This document shows, piece after piece, positions 29,863 to 38,988 of a DNA stretch of 64,000 bases. Every line of letters begins with the position of its first letter. The stretch's first letter is position 1. The DNA comes from Candidatus Marinacidobacterium sp. (lineage in GTDB: Bacteria > Acidobacteriota > Vicinamibacteria > Marinacidobacterales > Marinacidobacteraceae). Where the stretch lies: the NCBI GenBank assembly GCA_965204755.1, contig OZ242011.1:2336001-2400000 (forward strand), read 5' to 3'. The translations under genes and the position numbers were made by a program. The notes under the pieces are model-generated. The model saw nothing but the letters and a program-made list of their open reading frames with translations. It did not search any database and was not told the DNA's origin.

Positions 29863-30275
29863 TCCCAGGACTCGCCGGTCAGGGTCTCGTAGAGACGCAC
29901 GGCGTCGCCGAGGAACTCCGGAACGAGTTCGACGCACGCTTCGGCCTTCGCGCCGTCGTAGTCGTGCGCGGTGGCCACGCGGGCATCCGCATAGCGGAAC
30001 CACTGCGGCACGGGAGCGTCCAGCAGGTCGTTCTCCGCGGCGATGCGGAGGATCGGTTTGGGACTGCTCGGCGCATCGGAGATACCGAGTTCGTGGACCA
30101 GGTGCCGCTTCAGCACTTTCCAAAGACAGTCGTAGCAGGTCTCGAAGCGCTGAATGACCGACTCCCTGATCGCCTCCTGATCGAGTCGCGTGCGTTCGGC
30201 CCCCGAGTTGTCCCAGTTCTCGTACTGCTCCTCCAGTCGCCGCAACGACAGTTGGAACTTGCCGTAGTCGATCAT
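29859..30275 (-). CDS. HEPN protein (HI0074/HepT-type toxin)
   Basis: VIQRFETCY..WKVLK and R-X4-H-x-Y motif RVATAHDY; 4-bp overlap with the MNT gene. Confidence 0.9.
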   Translation of the reverse strand: MIDYGKFQLSLRRLEEQYENWDNSGAERTRLDQEAIRESVIQRFETCYDCLWKVLKRHLVHELGISDAPSSPKPILRIAAENDLLDAPVPQWFRYADARVATAHDYDGAKAEACVELVPEFLGDAVRLYETLTGESWE

Positions 30276-30547
30276 CGTCCGGCTCGGCGACGCCTGCCGA
30301 TACTCAGCCGGCGCTTCCGCATAACTCGACGGTGGCGATGCGTCCGTTCGGTAAGCCCGACGCCGGGACTTACACGACTCGGCGAGCAGAGGAGAGTCGG
30401 CATGGAGGTCGGCAGCGGCGCTGATGGTAGCGGGATAGTGGCATTGGGGCGGCCCCCGGCACTCATCGAGTGCCCCGGCCGCCCCGGCCGGGAGAGCGGA
30501 GAGAGGTGGGGCGGGGTGTGCGTTTGGCGGCGCAACGAACGGGCGAG

Positions 30548-31870
30548 TCAGCGCCCGATGGCGTAGGGGGTGAGTGGGATGCCGGGTTCGGAACCTTCGG
30601 CCAATTCGGCGACCAGGCGGCCCGTTCCCAGGGACTGGGTGAAGCCGAGCATTCCGTGGCCGGTGGCGACGAGCAGGCCGGACAGCCCCGGAGGCCGGCC
30701 GATGAAGGGGAGGCTGTCCGGGGTCAGCGGGCGGAAGCCGAACCAGGGGACTTCGTCCTCCAACGGCGCCTCGGCCCGGAGCGCCGCGCGGGCGCCTTCG
30801 ATGACGGCCCGGTACCGGCGGAGGTCGAGGCGGCGCTCGAAACCGGCCAGTTCGAGGGTTCCGGCGAACCGCACCTGATGCTGCAGCGGCGTGACGATGG
30901 CCTTCCGCTCCGCGACCGTTGCGGCGAGGGAGGGAGTTCCGGGGAAGCGTCGGATCGTCGCGGAGTAGCCCTTCGCCGGGATGACCGGCAGCCGCAGGCC
31001 GACCGTACGGCCGACTCGCGGGCTCCAGGCGCCGAGCGCCAGCACCGTTTCGTCGGCGGGCCGTTCTTCCGCTTCGCCCTCGGTCTCGTCCGGTCCGTCG
31101 GCGACGCCGGCGGTTTCCGGCGTGGGGGGCGCGCTCACGGCCACTCGGCGGGTCAGCGCCCCGACGACGGCGCCGCGCCGCCGGAGGAGGCCGGCGACCC
31201 GCGCCCCCGTCTCGATGCGCACGCCCATCCGCCGCAGCGTCGCCACCATGGATTCGGCGAAGCCGAGGCTCAGGCCGTGGGCGTCCCCCGCGAGGAACAG
31301 CGCCCCGAGCACCGCGCCGCTGAACGCCGGCTCGCGCTCGCGGGCGGCGTCGCCGTCCAGCACTTCCACCGGGAAACCGGCGCCGCGCAGTTGTTCCGCC
31401 TCGCGCCGGCCCTGCGCGAACCCCGCCTCGGTCAGGTACAGGAGCCACCCGCCCCGCCGCTCGTAGTAGAAGTCCACTTCGCCCTGTTCCAGCAACTCCT
31501 CGAACAGGGTCAGGCTCAGGCCCGACAGCGCGGCGAGCGCCGTGAACCCCGCCTCGGAGCGGGCGCGGGTGCAGGCGCGGGCGAAACCGAGCAGCCAGCC
31601 GAGGAGCGCCGGGTCGGCGCGCCAGCGGATGCGGAACGGGCTGTCGCCCCTGAGCGACCACCGCAGCGCCTTGCCGAGAACGCCGGGCGCCGGCAGCGGG
31701 TGGGAGTGGGCGGCGCAGAGCAGCCCGGCAGTGCCGCAGGTGGCGCCGTGACCCGGAGCGCCGGAGTCGAGGACCTCGACCTCCCAACCGGCGCGCCGGA
31801 GGAAGTAGGCGCAGGAGAGCCCGACCGCCCCCGCACCCAACACCAGCGCCCGGCGGCGGCCGGTCGCCAC
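30548..31870 (-). CDS. FAD-dependent D-amino-acid dehydrogenase (DadA family)
   Basis: GAGAVG, PAKGYS, GFRPLTPDSLPFIG and ATGHGMLG. Confidence 0.9.
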   Translation of the reverse strand: MATGRRRALVLGAGAVGLSCAYFLRRAGWEVEVLDSGAPGHGATCGTAGLLCAAHSHPLPAPGVLGKALRWSLRGDSPFRIRWRADPALLGWLLGFARACTRARSEAGFTALAALSGLSLTLFEELLEQGEVDFYYERRGGWLLYLTEAGFAQGRREAEQLRGAGFPVEVLDGDAAREREPAFSGAVLGALFLAGDAHGLSLGFAESMVATLRRMGVRIETGARVAGLLRRRGAVVGALTRRVAVSAPPTPETAGVADGPDETEGEAEERPADETVLALGAWSPRVGRTVGLRLPVIPAKGYSATIRRFPGTPSLAATVAERKAIVTPLQHQVRFAGTLELAGFERRLDLRRYRAVIEGARAALRAEAPLEDEVPWFGFRPLTPDSLPFIGRPPGLSGLLVATGHGMLGFTQSLGTGRLVAELAEGSEPGIPLTPYAIGR

Positions 31871-31938
31871 GGCTCTACCTCCGCTCCTCGAGCGCGCCGA
31901 CCGGGCGAGCCGGAGCGCGCCCCGCGAGCGCGCCGCGA

Positions 31939-32469
31939 CTAAGCGTTCGGTTCGCCGCCGCCGGCCGCTGTCGGGTCGGCGTCGTCGGCGGACGGCCCGT
32001 AGGCGCCGGGCACCGGGATGCCCAGGAGCCGGTAGTACACGCTCAACTGGCCCCGGTGGTGGATCAGGTGGCTGATGATGAAACCGCGGAGCGCGGCGAC
32101 CCGCGGCCCCTCGAAGATCACCTTCTCGCCCATGAGCAGCCGCCAGTCGGCGACGAAGGCCCCGTCGGGAGTCGCCCGCAGTTCCTTCAGGAAGTCGGCG
32201 ATGACCCGCTCGTGGTTCTCCGTCAACTCGGCTGCCGTCCGCCAGTCGGGCGACTTGTAGTCGGAGGTCGCGAAGTCGAACGAGTCGGCGCGGAGGATGC
32301 TGAGCGCCCAGATCGGCGTCTCGACGATGTGGCTCGCGAGTTTCGCGGCGGTCATCGACTTCTCGTGGGGCCGGAAGTCTGCGCGGGAGTCGTCGAACCG
32401 CTCCAGGAAGCGGGCGGTGGTCTTGGCCTCGATTTCGACTTCGGTAGCGATGCCTTCGGCGATGGTCAT
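31939..32469 (-). CDS. DinB/YfiT-family protein
   Basis: RPHEKSM...LASHI and HLIHHRGQLSVY..LLG.PVPG.YGPSAD. Confidence 0.92.
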   Translation of the reverse strand: MTIAEGIATEVEIEAKTTARFLERFDDSRADFRPHEKSMTAAKLASHIVETPIWALSILRADSFDFATSDYKSPDWRTAAELTENHERVIADFLKELRATPDGAFVADWRLLMGEKVIFEGPRVAALRGFIISHLIHHRGQLSVYYRLLGIPVPGAYGPSADDADPTAAGGGEPNA

Positions 32470-32596
32470 GCGGATGCTCTCCTTCTCCGGCGGAGGTTTC
32501 GGGTTTCGGGGGCGGTGGGGGGAGGATGCTAACGGCGCGGACACCTTCGACGGCTAGCATCCCCGGCCCCTGCGCCTCGCCCTTTTTCTGCTCGTC

Positions 32597-33505
32597 TTGA
32601 CTGCCGCCGACCTTCGGGGCGCCCGCCTCGCGGCGGCCGCCGACTCCCTCCCGGCTTCGCCGCCGGTCGCGCCCGTCGAGAGGGTGATTCCCGAGGCGGC
32701 GCGGCGCGGCGAAGCCGAAACCGGCGCCGAGAGCCCGGAGAACGGCCGGGCGCCCGAAGTCGCCGCCGAAGACGGGCGGTTCGAGTTCCGGACCACTGAG
32801 ATCCAAGGCCGCTCCTACCGCTGGCAAGTGTTCGTTCCCGGGGCCGTGGCCGCCGGCGAGGACCCGAACCCGGCGGTCATCCTGTTCCTCCACGGCGCCG
32901 GCCAGCGCGGGAGCGACGGCGAGCGGCAGACCGAGATCGGGTTGCCGGCGGTGCTCCGCGAACGCCCCGACTTCCCGGCGGTGGTGGTGATGCCGCAGTC
33001 GCCGCGCAGCGCCTGGTGGGGCAATCCGCGGATTGAGGCGCTGGCCCTCGCCGCGCTCGACAGCGCGGTCGCCGAGTTCGGCGGCGACCCCGACCGCATC
33101 TACCTGACCGGGCTCTCTCTCGGCGGCTACGGAACCTGGGCCTTCGCCTACCGCTACCCGGACCGGTTCGCCGCGCTCATCCCGGTCTGCGGCGGGGTCA
33201 CGCCGAGGAATTCGCGGCTGCCGACGCCGGACTGGCATCCCGGCGCGGTGCGGCCGGAAGACCCGTTCGGCGAGACCGCCGGCGCCATCGCCGGAATCCC
33301 GGTCTGGATCTTCCACGGCGAACGGGACCGCCGCATTCCGGTCACGGAATCGCGCCGGATGGCGAAGGCGCTGCGGGCGGCCGGCGGCTCGCCCCGCTAC
33401 ACGGAGTACCCGGGAGTCGGCCACGACTCGTGGACCCCGGCGTACCGGGAGGAGGGCCTCTACGAGTGGCTCTTCGCCCAACGCCTCTCCGACCGCTCGC
33501 CGTAG
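32597..33505 (+). CDS. Secreted alpha/beta hydrolase (phospholipase/carboxylesterase or peptidase-like; start uncertain)
   Basis: FLHGAG, GLSLGG nucleophile elbow, FHGERD and GHDSW. Confidence 0.88.
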   Translation: MTAADLRGARLAAAADSLPASPPVAPVERVIPEAARRGEAETGAESPENGRAPEVAAEDGRFEFRTTEIQGRSYRWQVFVPGAVAAGEDPNPAVILFLHGAGQRGSDGERQTEIGLPAVLRERPDFPAVVVMPQSPRSAWWGNPRIEALALAALDSAVAEFGGDPDRIYLTGLSLGGYGTWAFAYRYPDRFAALIPVCGGVTPRNSRLPTPDWHPGAVRPEDPFGETAGAIAGIPVWIFHGERDRRIPVTESRRMAKALRAAGGSPRYTEYPGVGHDSWTPAYREEGLYEWLFAQRLSDRSP

Positions 33506-33514
33506 TCCGCCGCC

Positions 33515-34183
33515 ATGGCGCGGGGGCACCTGCGGCGCCGGCCCGATGCCCGTCCGGACGGGTTCGGTCTCGAACTGGACGACCTGGAGCAGCCGCTCGA
33601 TCCGGGACGGTTGTTCGGCGAGGCGGGGGAACCCGCCCGCCGACTGGAAGTCGAGATCGGCTCCGGCCGGGGTTCCTTCCTGATCGCCGAAGGAGAGGCG
33701 CGCCCGGAGACCCGGTTCCTGGGGGTCGAGCGGGCGCGGCGGTATTGGCGCTTCGCCGCCGACCGGCTGCGGCGGCGCGAGCGAACGAACGCCCGGATAC
33801 TCCGCGCCGACGCCCTCGAAGTCTTCCGGGCGCTGCCGGCGGGCTCGGTCGCCGCGGTCTGGGCGTTCTTCCCGGACCCGTGGCCGAAGCGCCGCCACGC
33901 GCACCGGCGCCTGCTGGCGCAGGACGCCTTCTACGAGGCCGCGGAGCCCGCGCTGGCCCCCGGCGCGGCGATCCGGGTGGTCACCGACGCCGAGTCGTAC
34001 TTCGCGGAGATCGAGTCCGCCGTGGCGCGACGCACCGCTCTCGTTCGTTGCCCGTACGAACCGCCGACCTCCGCCGAGCCCGGTGAGTTCGCCGGCACGA
34101 ATTTCGAGCGCAAGTACCGCCGGGAAGGACGCCCGATCCACGCGGCCGCCGCGCGCCGCGCCGACGAAGCCGGACCGCCGTAG
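33515..34183 (+). CDS. trmB: tRNA (guanine-N7)-methyltransferase
   Basis: EIGSGRG, FPDPWPKRRH, VTD and TNFERKY. Confidence 0.93.
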   Translation: MARGHLRRRPDARPDGFGLELDDLEQPLDPGRLFGEAGEPARRLEVEIGSGRGSFLIAEGEARPETRFLGVERARRYWRFAADRLRRRERTNARILRADALEVFRALPAGSVAAVWAFFPDPWPKRRHAHRRLLAQDAFYEAAEPALAPGAAIRVVTDAESYFAEIESAVARRTALVRCPYEPPTSAEPGEFAGTNFERKYRREGRPIHAAAARRADEAGPP

Positions 34184-34210
34184 CGCCCGGCGGCGCCGGC
34201 GAATCGCGGG

Positions 34211-35374
34211 CTACCGGACGAAGACGACGCTTTCCCGGACGAAGAGCCGGGAGCCGAAGCGCAGCAGCCCGTAGGCGCCGAGCAGCGCGATCGCCCCGGC
34301 GAGGGCGATCTGCCAGATGGCCGCGGGTTCGCCGGCGACGATGTCCAGGATCATCAGGTGCTGGCCCAGGATGGGCAGGAACGAAGTCCAGGTCCCCGAC
34401 TCCACCCAGTTGAAGGTCACCGCGAAGAAGGGAACCATCGGGGCGAACGAGAGATACCCGAAGTAGGTCTGGGCTTCCTTGTAGGACTTCGCGTAGGTCG
34501 CCACCACGACCTGCAGCGCCGAGCAGAAGAGCGCGAGCGGCAGCGCGGTGGCCGCCACCAGCGCCCAGTCGCCGGCCGTCGGCGTGATGTTCATCGCGCC
34601 GGGCATGAACCGGAGGACGGCGACGATCGTGACCAATCCCAGCGCGGTCAGGAAACAGGCGAACACCGCGGCGGCGGCCCACTTCCCCACCACCAGCCGC
34701 GCCGCCGGCACCGCGTTCAGCAGGAGCGCTTCGATGGAGCCGCGCTCGCGTTCTCCGGCCACCGCGTCGGCGGAGATCTGCATTCCCCCGAAGAAGGCGT
34801 TCATCAGCAGGAACATGGGAATGAACCCGAGTACGGAGAACACCCGCCGCCGCCGCTCGCTGAACACCTCGCGCCGGCTCACTTCGACCGGCCGCACCAC
34901 CAGCGGGCTGATCCCCCGGGCGACCAGGCGCAGCGACGCCACTTCCTGTCCGTACTGCTCGAGCAGCGCGGAGGCGCGCCGCGCCTTCGCCGAGGCGGCC
35001 GCGCGGGTGCTGTCGGCGACGACCTCCACTCCCGCCGGCCGCGCTTCCCGGAACTCGCTGCGGTAGTCCTCCGGGATGCGGAGCACCAGGTCCGCTTCGC
35101 GGTCACGCACCGCGGCCTCCGGTTCTTCCGGGCCGGCGACGACTTCCACGCCCGGCTGACGGGACAGCCAGTCGGTCAGGTCGGGGGCGTGCTCCCCGCC
35201 GACCACCGGGATCTCCATCTGCCGGACTTCGTCGCGAACGCCCTCGGCGAACCGGCCCATGAACAGCACCAGGATCGGGAAGATGCTGATCGAGATGAAC
35301 ACCGCCACCAGCGCCCGGCGGTCGCGCGCGCCCTCGAGCAGTTCCTTGCGGAAGACGACTCCGGCGGCGCCCAT
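34211..35374 (-). CDS. ABC-2 permease, NatB-like
   Basis: KELLEGARDRR, AGERERGSIEALL and AKSYKEAQTY. Confidence 0.9.
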   Translation of the reverse strand: MGAAGVVFRKELLEGARDRRALVAVFISISIFPILVLFMGRFAEGVRDEVRQMEIPVVGGEHAPDLTDWLSRQPGVEVVAGPEEPEAAVRDREADLVLRIPEDYRSEFREARPAGVEVVADSTRAAASAKARRASALLEQYGQEVASLRLVARGISPLVVRPVEVSRREVFSERRRRVFSVLGFIPMFLLMNAFFGGMQISADAVAGERERGSIEALLLNAVPAARLVVGKWAAAAVFACFLTALGLVTIVAVLRFMPGAMNITPTAGDWALVAATALPLALFCSALQVVVATYAKSYKEAQTYFGYLSFAPMVPFFAVTFNWVESGTWTSFLPILGQHLMILDIVAGEPAAIWQIALAGAIALLGAYGLLRFGSRLFVRESVVFVR

Positions 35375-35390
35375 GCGAAGCGGTCCCCGT

Positions 35391-36155
35391 TCAGGCCGCC
35401 GGCGCCGCCGCGCCGCTTCCGCCGGCCGCGGCTTCCGAGTCCGGGCCGGTGAGCGCGACGAAGGCGTCTTCGAGGCTCCCGGTTCCGGCGGCTTCGCGGA
35501 TGCGGTCCGGGGTTCCGTCGGCGGCCACCCGCCCGGCGGCGATGATCACGATCCGGTCGCAGAGCAGCGAGACCTCGTTCATCGCGTGGCTGGAGAACAG
35601 CACCGCGCATCCGCGGTCGCGGAGTTCCCGGATCATCTCCCGCATCCGCCGCGTGCTCATCACATCCAGCCCGTTGGTCGGCTCGTCGAGCAGCACATTC
35701 TGCGGACGGTGGACCAGCGCCCGGGCGAGCAGCACGCGCGAGCGCTCGCCGTGGGAATACCCCTTCGCCCGCCGCTCCACGAACTCCTCCATGTCGAGAA
35801 GCCGGATGAACTCGTCCAGCCGCGCGTCCGCCTCCGCCTCGGGCACCGCCCGCAGCCGGGCGAAGTAGCGGATGTTCTCGCGCCCGGTGAGCCGGGGATA
35901 GAGCGCGTGGGTGTCCGGCAGCGCGCCGATCCGCGCCTGCGCCGCCACGGTCTCCTCGCGGACATCGTGACCGTCCACCCGCACCCGCCCCGCTTCCGGG
36001 GCCATGAGCCCGTACATCATCCGGAGCGCGGTGGACTTGCCGGCGCCGTTGGGCCCGAGCAGGCCGGTGATCTGCCCGTCCTCGGCGGTGAAACTCACTT
36101 CGTCCACGGCGACCACCTGCCCGAAGGTCTTGCGGAGGCCGGTGACTTCGATCAC
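35391..36155 (-). CDS. ABC transporter ATP-binding protein, NatA-like
   Basis: GPNGAGKS, YSHGE, LLDEPTNGLD and SSH. Confidence 0.93.
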   Translation of the reverse strand: MIEVTGLRKTFGQVVAVDEVSFTAEDGQITGLLGPNGAGKSTALRMMYGLMAPEAGRVRVDGHDVREETVAAQARIGALPDTHALYPRLTGRENIRYFARLRAVPEAEADARLDEFIRLLDMEEFVERRAKGYSHGERSRVLLARALVHRPQNVLLDEPTNGLDVMSTRRMREMIRELRDRGCAVLFSSHAMNEVSLLCDRIVIIAAGRVAADGTPDRIREAAGTGSLEDAFVALTGPDSEAAAGGSGAAAPAA

Positions 36156-37747
36156 TCGGCGCCCCCGTCCTCTTCGCGGTCCCGCCCGCCCTCTTCGCCG
36201 GTCGGCGGCAGGTCGGGCCCGGTGGCGGACCTCCAGAACGCCGGCCGGTCGAGGTCCGCGAGACACGACGCGTCCAGCGCGTCCGGGTCGGCGGTGTCGA
36301 AGAACTCGGCGACCAGCCGGGGCGCGCATCCCGAGCCGAGGGTCCCGTGGGCCGCACCGGGTACCACCAGGTGGCGCGAGCGGCTCAGCGTCTTCGCGGC
36401 GTGTTCTCCCCAGCGGGGGGGCGTCACCGGGTCGAGTTCGCCGGACAGGATGAGCACCGGCGCGTCGGAGACCACCGGCTCCCGGTAGCCGGGCGGCAGT
36501 TCGCCCCGCGGCCAGACGCGGCAGGCCTCGCGCATTCCTTCCACCATGAAGGCGCCGAAGACGGTTTCCTCCGCGGCGGCTTCGGCTTCGTCCTCGCCGA
36601 CGAAGGGGAGGTCCTCGGCGCAGAGCACGGAGAGGAACATGCCGGGCGCGATCCGCGGGCCGCTCGCCGGGTCGGCGAAGACCAGCAGCGGGCCGAAGTC
36701 CCCGTCGAGCGCGCTCTCCACGATCAACGGGGTGAGCGACGCGGTGGAGGGGTTGTAGAGCAGCGCCCGGAGGATGCCGGCCACTTCCTCCCGGCGGAGC
36801 GGCCGCTCCTCCCACTCGCCGGTGCGGGCGTGGCGGACCCGGAACCGGCGCGGCGGATCGCGGTCGAGGCTGGCGAGCAACTCGTCCACCATCTCCGGCA
36901 GCCGGGGGAATCGCGCTGCGCAGTCGGCGTCCTCGGCGCAGCCGGCGAGGAGCAGGTTCAGCGCCCGCTGTCCGTCCGCGGCGAAGGAGAGCGGGATGCG
37001 CATGTCCACCGGGGCGACGCCGTCGAGGACCACCGCGCGCACGCTTTCCGGGTGGCGCCGCAGGTACACCAGCGCGGCGCGGGTGCCGTAGGAGCCGCCC
37101 CAGAGGTTGATCCGGCCGTAGCCGAGGGCTCGGCGCACGGTCTCCAGGTCGTCCATGGCCACCGGGGTGGTGTAGTGCTCGGGCGCGGCGTCGAGTTCGG
37201 CCAAGCACTCCCGCCAGTCCGCTTCCGGGATTTCCGGCAGCCCGGTCTCCGAGGAGATCGAGGGTTCCTCTTCGAACAGGCTGCAGGTCAACTGGTTGGA
37301 GGCGCCCGTGCCGCGCTGGTCCACCAGCACGATGTCGCGGGTCCGGACCACCTCCGGGAGCCGGGCGCCCACCGGCATCGCCAGGTCGGTCGCCGCCTGC
37401 CCGGGGCCGCCGGCGAGGATGAAGACCGGGTCGTCCGCCGCGCCTTCCTCATCCGCGGGAAGCACCATCACCCGGAGCGGGATCGTCCGGCCCTCGGGGT
37501 CGTCCGGGTCCTCCGGGACTTCCACCACGCGGCAAAGCGCCCCTTCGGGCCCGTCACCGGCTGGACAGGGGGCGAGACCGGCGCCCGGGGTCTCGTCCGC
37601 CTCGCCGCCCGCGCTCTCCCCGGCGGCGGCGGAATCGGCCTCCAGGCGCGGCGCCTCCTCCGGGCCGCCGCCGAAGAAGCGGAAGAGCGCCAGCGCCGCC
37701 GCGGCAGCCAGGCCGGCGAGCCACCGGCCGCGGCGCGAAGTCCCCAC
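36152..37747 (-). CDS. Alpha/beta hydrolase, TAP-like peptidase
   Basis: GGPG, DQRGTG, GGSYG, DPVTPP and AHG. Confidence 0.9.
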   Translation of the reverse strand: MGTSRRGRWLAGLAAAAALALFRFFGGGPEEAPRLEADSAAAGESAGGEADETPGAGLAPCPAGDGPEGALCRVVEVPEDPDDPEGRTIPLRVMVLPADEEGAADDPVFILAGGPGQAATDLAMPVGARLPEVVRTRDIVLVDQRGTGASNQLTCSLFEEEPSISSETGLPEIPEADWRECLAELDAAPEHYTTPVAMDDLETVRRALGYGRINLWGGSYGTRAALVYLRRHPESVRAVVLDGVAPVDMRIPLSFAADGQRALNLLLAGCAEDADCAARFPRLPEMVDELLASLDRDPPRRFRVRHARTGEWEERPLRREEVAGILRALLYNPSTASLTPLIVESALDGDFGPLLVFADPASGPRIAPGMFLSVLCAEDLPFVGEDEAEAAAEETVFGAFMVEGMREACRVWPRGELPPGYREPVVSDAPVLILSGELDPVTPPRWGEHAAKTLSRSRHLVVPGAAHGTLGSGCAPRLVAEFFDTADPDALDASCLADLDRPAFWRSATGPDLPPTGEEGGRDREEDGGAE

Positions 37748-38020
37748 GACCGGAAGGATAGAGGCCGCCGGCGCGCTTGCCCGCCGCGGCGGCGGGAACG
37801 GCCGGGCGGTTATCGCATTCCGCCGGAACGCGCCCGAATCAGGCGAGGAGCGCCTTGTGGACGGCCGTTCTCGGGCGGTACGCGGGGGGTCGGTCGCAGG
37901 CGCCCCGGGAACCCGGCCGCCCCGCAGCGGTTCCGGCGCCGGCGCGAAGAGGCCGCCCGTGAAGTCCGGCGACCGGCGCGGTCAGCCCCTGGATCCGACG
38001 GCCGCGCGGCTACCCCGGCG

Positions 38021-38068
38021 GCGCGACAGGGGTTCAGCGCGACCGGGGTTCAGCGCGACGGGGGTTCA
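38021..38068. repeat. Three 16-bp tandem repeats, GCGCGACNGGGGTTCA
   Basis: Units at 38021, 38037 and 38053 differ only at position 8 (A/C/G). Confidence 0.9.
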
Positions 38069-38656
38069 CTCGGGCGGGGCGCACACCGGGTCGTCGAACA
38101 CCGCGCTCCCGACTGCCCCGTCGTCGGTCAGCGCGATGCTCCACGATCCGTCCCCTCGCGACGCCAGGAGGGAACGGGCCGCATCCGGGAGGAGGTACGG
38201 CTCCCCCTCCGCGCCGACGGACATCCGGAAGGGGTAAACGGTCGCGCCCGCCGGACGGAGCGCCACCTGGAGGTCCCCCGGATTTCGCAATACCGGTTCG
38301 AGTTCCGAGCCGCGGCGGATTCGTTCTCCGTCCCGGACCGCGCCGAACCGGGTCGCCGCCTGGTCGGGCTTCCACACGACCGAGTTCCAGGTGGGCGTTC
38401 CTCCGTCGAGGCTTTCCGTGGTGAACAGGGACGCCGGAAGCGTCCTCGCTTCCACCGCGAGGGTCAGGTAGGTCCTGAGGAACCGGACCCCGTTCGGGTT
38501 CCGGGTCGGGGTGATGTCGGTGACGCACCCGAACACCCGGGCCGGGGGCGGAGGCGGCGGAGGCGCCGCCGGCGCCGCCGGGGCCGGTGTGGTGGAGGTT
38601 CCGCTCCCGCCGCACGAAGCGAGCAGCAGGAGGGCGATCAACAGGAGCAGCGGCAT
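38066..38656 (-). CDS. Hypothetical lipoprotein
   Basis: Hydrophobic signal with lipobox LLAS-C, a Pro-rich linker and a globular domain. Confidence 0.75.
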   Translation of the reverse strand: MPLLLLIALLLLASCGGSGTSTTPAPAAPAAPPPPPPPARVFGCVTDITPTRNPNGVRFLRTYLTLAVEARTLPASLFTTESLDGGTPTWNSVVWKPDQAATRFGAVRDGERIRRGSELEPVLRNPGDLQVALRPAGATVYPFRMSVGAEGEPYLLPDAARSLLASRGDGSWSIALTDDGAVGSAVFDDPVCAPPE

Positions 38657-38988
38657 GGAACGAATCCGGTTTCCGGGACGGGGGATCGCCGGTGGCGCGG
38701 AGGCCGCCGGAGACGCGGCCGTCCCATCGGCGATACGGGGCGGGTGGCGGGTCGCGAAGCGCCGCGGGAGAAATCGAAAGGCGATGGCGCCTTCCGCAGT
38801 CGCCCGCGGGAAACCCTTCGCCGAAGGGTAGCCGTATCGAGAGGACGCCGGACGGTCGGGGCGTCGACCGGCGCTCCGCGCCCCGGCCGCCGCGGTGCTG
38901 GCGCCGTGAAGTCCGCCGGTGAAGCCCGTTCGGCCCCGCTCCGGTCCGGGAGAGCGGCGGCCGGCTCACCCGCGTCGCGGGTGTCGGA

